From NCBI GenBank assembly GCA_004022145.1, contig RCNU01000003.1: a stretch of DNA of 64,000 nt, one strand, 5' to 3'. The notes under the pieces are model-generated. The model saw only the letters and a list, made by a program, of their open reading frames with translations, was not told where the DNA came from and did no database searches. Origin of the DNA: Paecilomyces variotii (Eukaryota). The first letter of the stretch is position 1; each line of letters opens with the position of its first letter. Position numbers and translations under genes: made by a program. Below, piece by piece: positions 62,944-64,000 of this stretch.

Positions 62944-63129
62944 TATGAATTCTGTTGGACCGGTTCTGGAGGTCTCGTCCAGGGAATTGGTGGCTTCTTA
63001 AACACATATGGTGCCAGGATTGATATTGACATAACATTAACTCATGAATATTTTACATCGCTAGATATATACAACAGAAGTCTCTTAGAATATCTGGAAC
63101 ATAACGACAGTGTCAAGAAAGAGCAATCG

Positions 63130-64000
63130 TTACGGGAGTGATATTTTCCCAATAAAATCCTTCCCATCCGTGTTATAATACCCGCACACCACCAGATCTA
63201 CCGGCTGATCGATATCTAATAGCTTTAATTTCGACGTATCTTCCGCAACAGCTGGCAAAGCAAACGTGATGACCCGATCTTGCTCCCAATATGCAGCAAT
63301 CTGAGTTATGATCCGCTTGACGAGATGCGTGGGATAGTGCGAGTGCTCGTAGCCTCTCCCTCTGGACTCGAGTCGTGGCCAGAGGACATCCAATATGTAG
63401 TGAAATATCTTGTCGGAACGCCACAGTAGCACAAGTTGCAGGAGCACCTCTGTCAGACTGAGCGTGTACACATCCCATGTGTTTGACATGGTGAAATCGA
63501 GCGTGCCGGCAATTTGGCATATACTATCTGCCAGATTGTCAAGCAGAGTAGTGGAGTGTCCGGATCCTCCAGGGGGGGCTCCATTTGCTTCTTCGAAGGC
63601 AATCTCACAGAGCATGCAATATACAGCATTCATGGCGTCTCTATGAGTCGGAAATCCATGACACATGGACGAAGCATCCTGATTCATTTGACTTGGTGTG
63701 ATACGTAACGTCGGCAGCTGATCCGCATTAAGTCTGGATTTCCACACCTTCAGTCTTTCTTTCTGCACGTCTAACAAGCCGCGTAGGTGAGAGCCTCGTA
63801 CAAATCCCTCTCGTGCTTCTGCAGTCTCGTCCGGAACACTATCTCTTCCTAGTAATTTGTTCAACATCTCATATGCGACGTTGCTAATCTCGCTTGACAG
63901 CTCAGATATCCGACAGCTGCCCGCCACGCAACGGTAGACCACCATCTTTGTTCGAATCTCCATGGTCTTGATAAGAATGTCGTAGATAAGATCATCCACA
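63130..64000 (-). CDS. C-terminal part of a probable fungal-specific (Zn2Cys6-type) transcription factor, 5' end outside the window
   Basis: Open frame of at least 289 aa running off the window edge. The helical composition resembles fungal TF C-terminal regions. The DNA-binding domain is not visible. Confidence 0.5.
   Translation of the reverse strand, partial: VDDLIYDILIKTMEIRTKMVVYRCVAGSCRISELSSEISNVAYEMLNKLLGRDSVPDETAEAREGFVRGSHLRGLLDVQKERLKVWKSRLNADQLPTLRITPSQMNQDASSMCHGFPTHRDAMNAVYCMLCEIAFEEANGAPPGGSGHSTTLLDNLADSICQIAGTLDFTMSNTWDVYTLSLTEVLLQLVLLWRSDKIFHYILDVLWPRLESRGRGYEHSHYPTHLVKRIITQIAAYWEQDRVITFALPAVAEDTSKLKLLDIDQPVDLVVCGYYNTDGKDFIGKISLP

Overview
Filamentous-ascomycete DNA, Eurotiales-like (an inference from gene content, GT-AG introns with CTRAC branch points and Aspergillus-type 5S rRNA). 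It has two parts. (1) About 2.3-24 kb is an accessory, partly decayed island with two complete dispersed 5S rRNA genes, one 5S pseudogene and one 29-nt 5S 5' fragment. It also holds six kinase or phosphotransferase-fold genes (one RIP-like pseudogene), HNH and SNF2-helicase remnants, orphan ORFs and a PTH11-like membrane gene. (2) About 25-64 kb is a housekeeping block: Ca2+/H+ exchanger, NUP82, CBC2, PDX2, npgA, SLC1, bimA, SND2, SHE10-like, DOA10, GST-like, a HeLo/pseudokinase/serine-protease fusion, a kelch protein and a partial transcription factor. The strongest leads are an ORF-free, heavily base-paired ~700-nt candidate ncRNA at 29.4-30.1 kb with two alternative folds, the 5S-anchored island, the MLKL-like HeLo fusion and a 3-nt micro-exon. 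All calls were made by eye and no searches were run.
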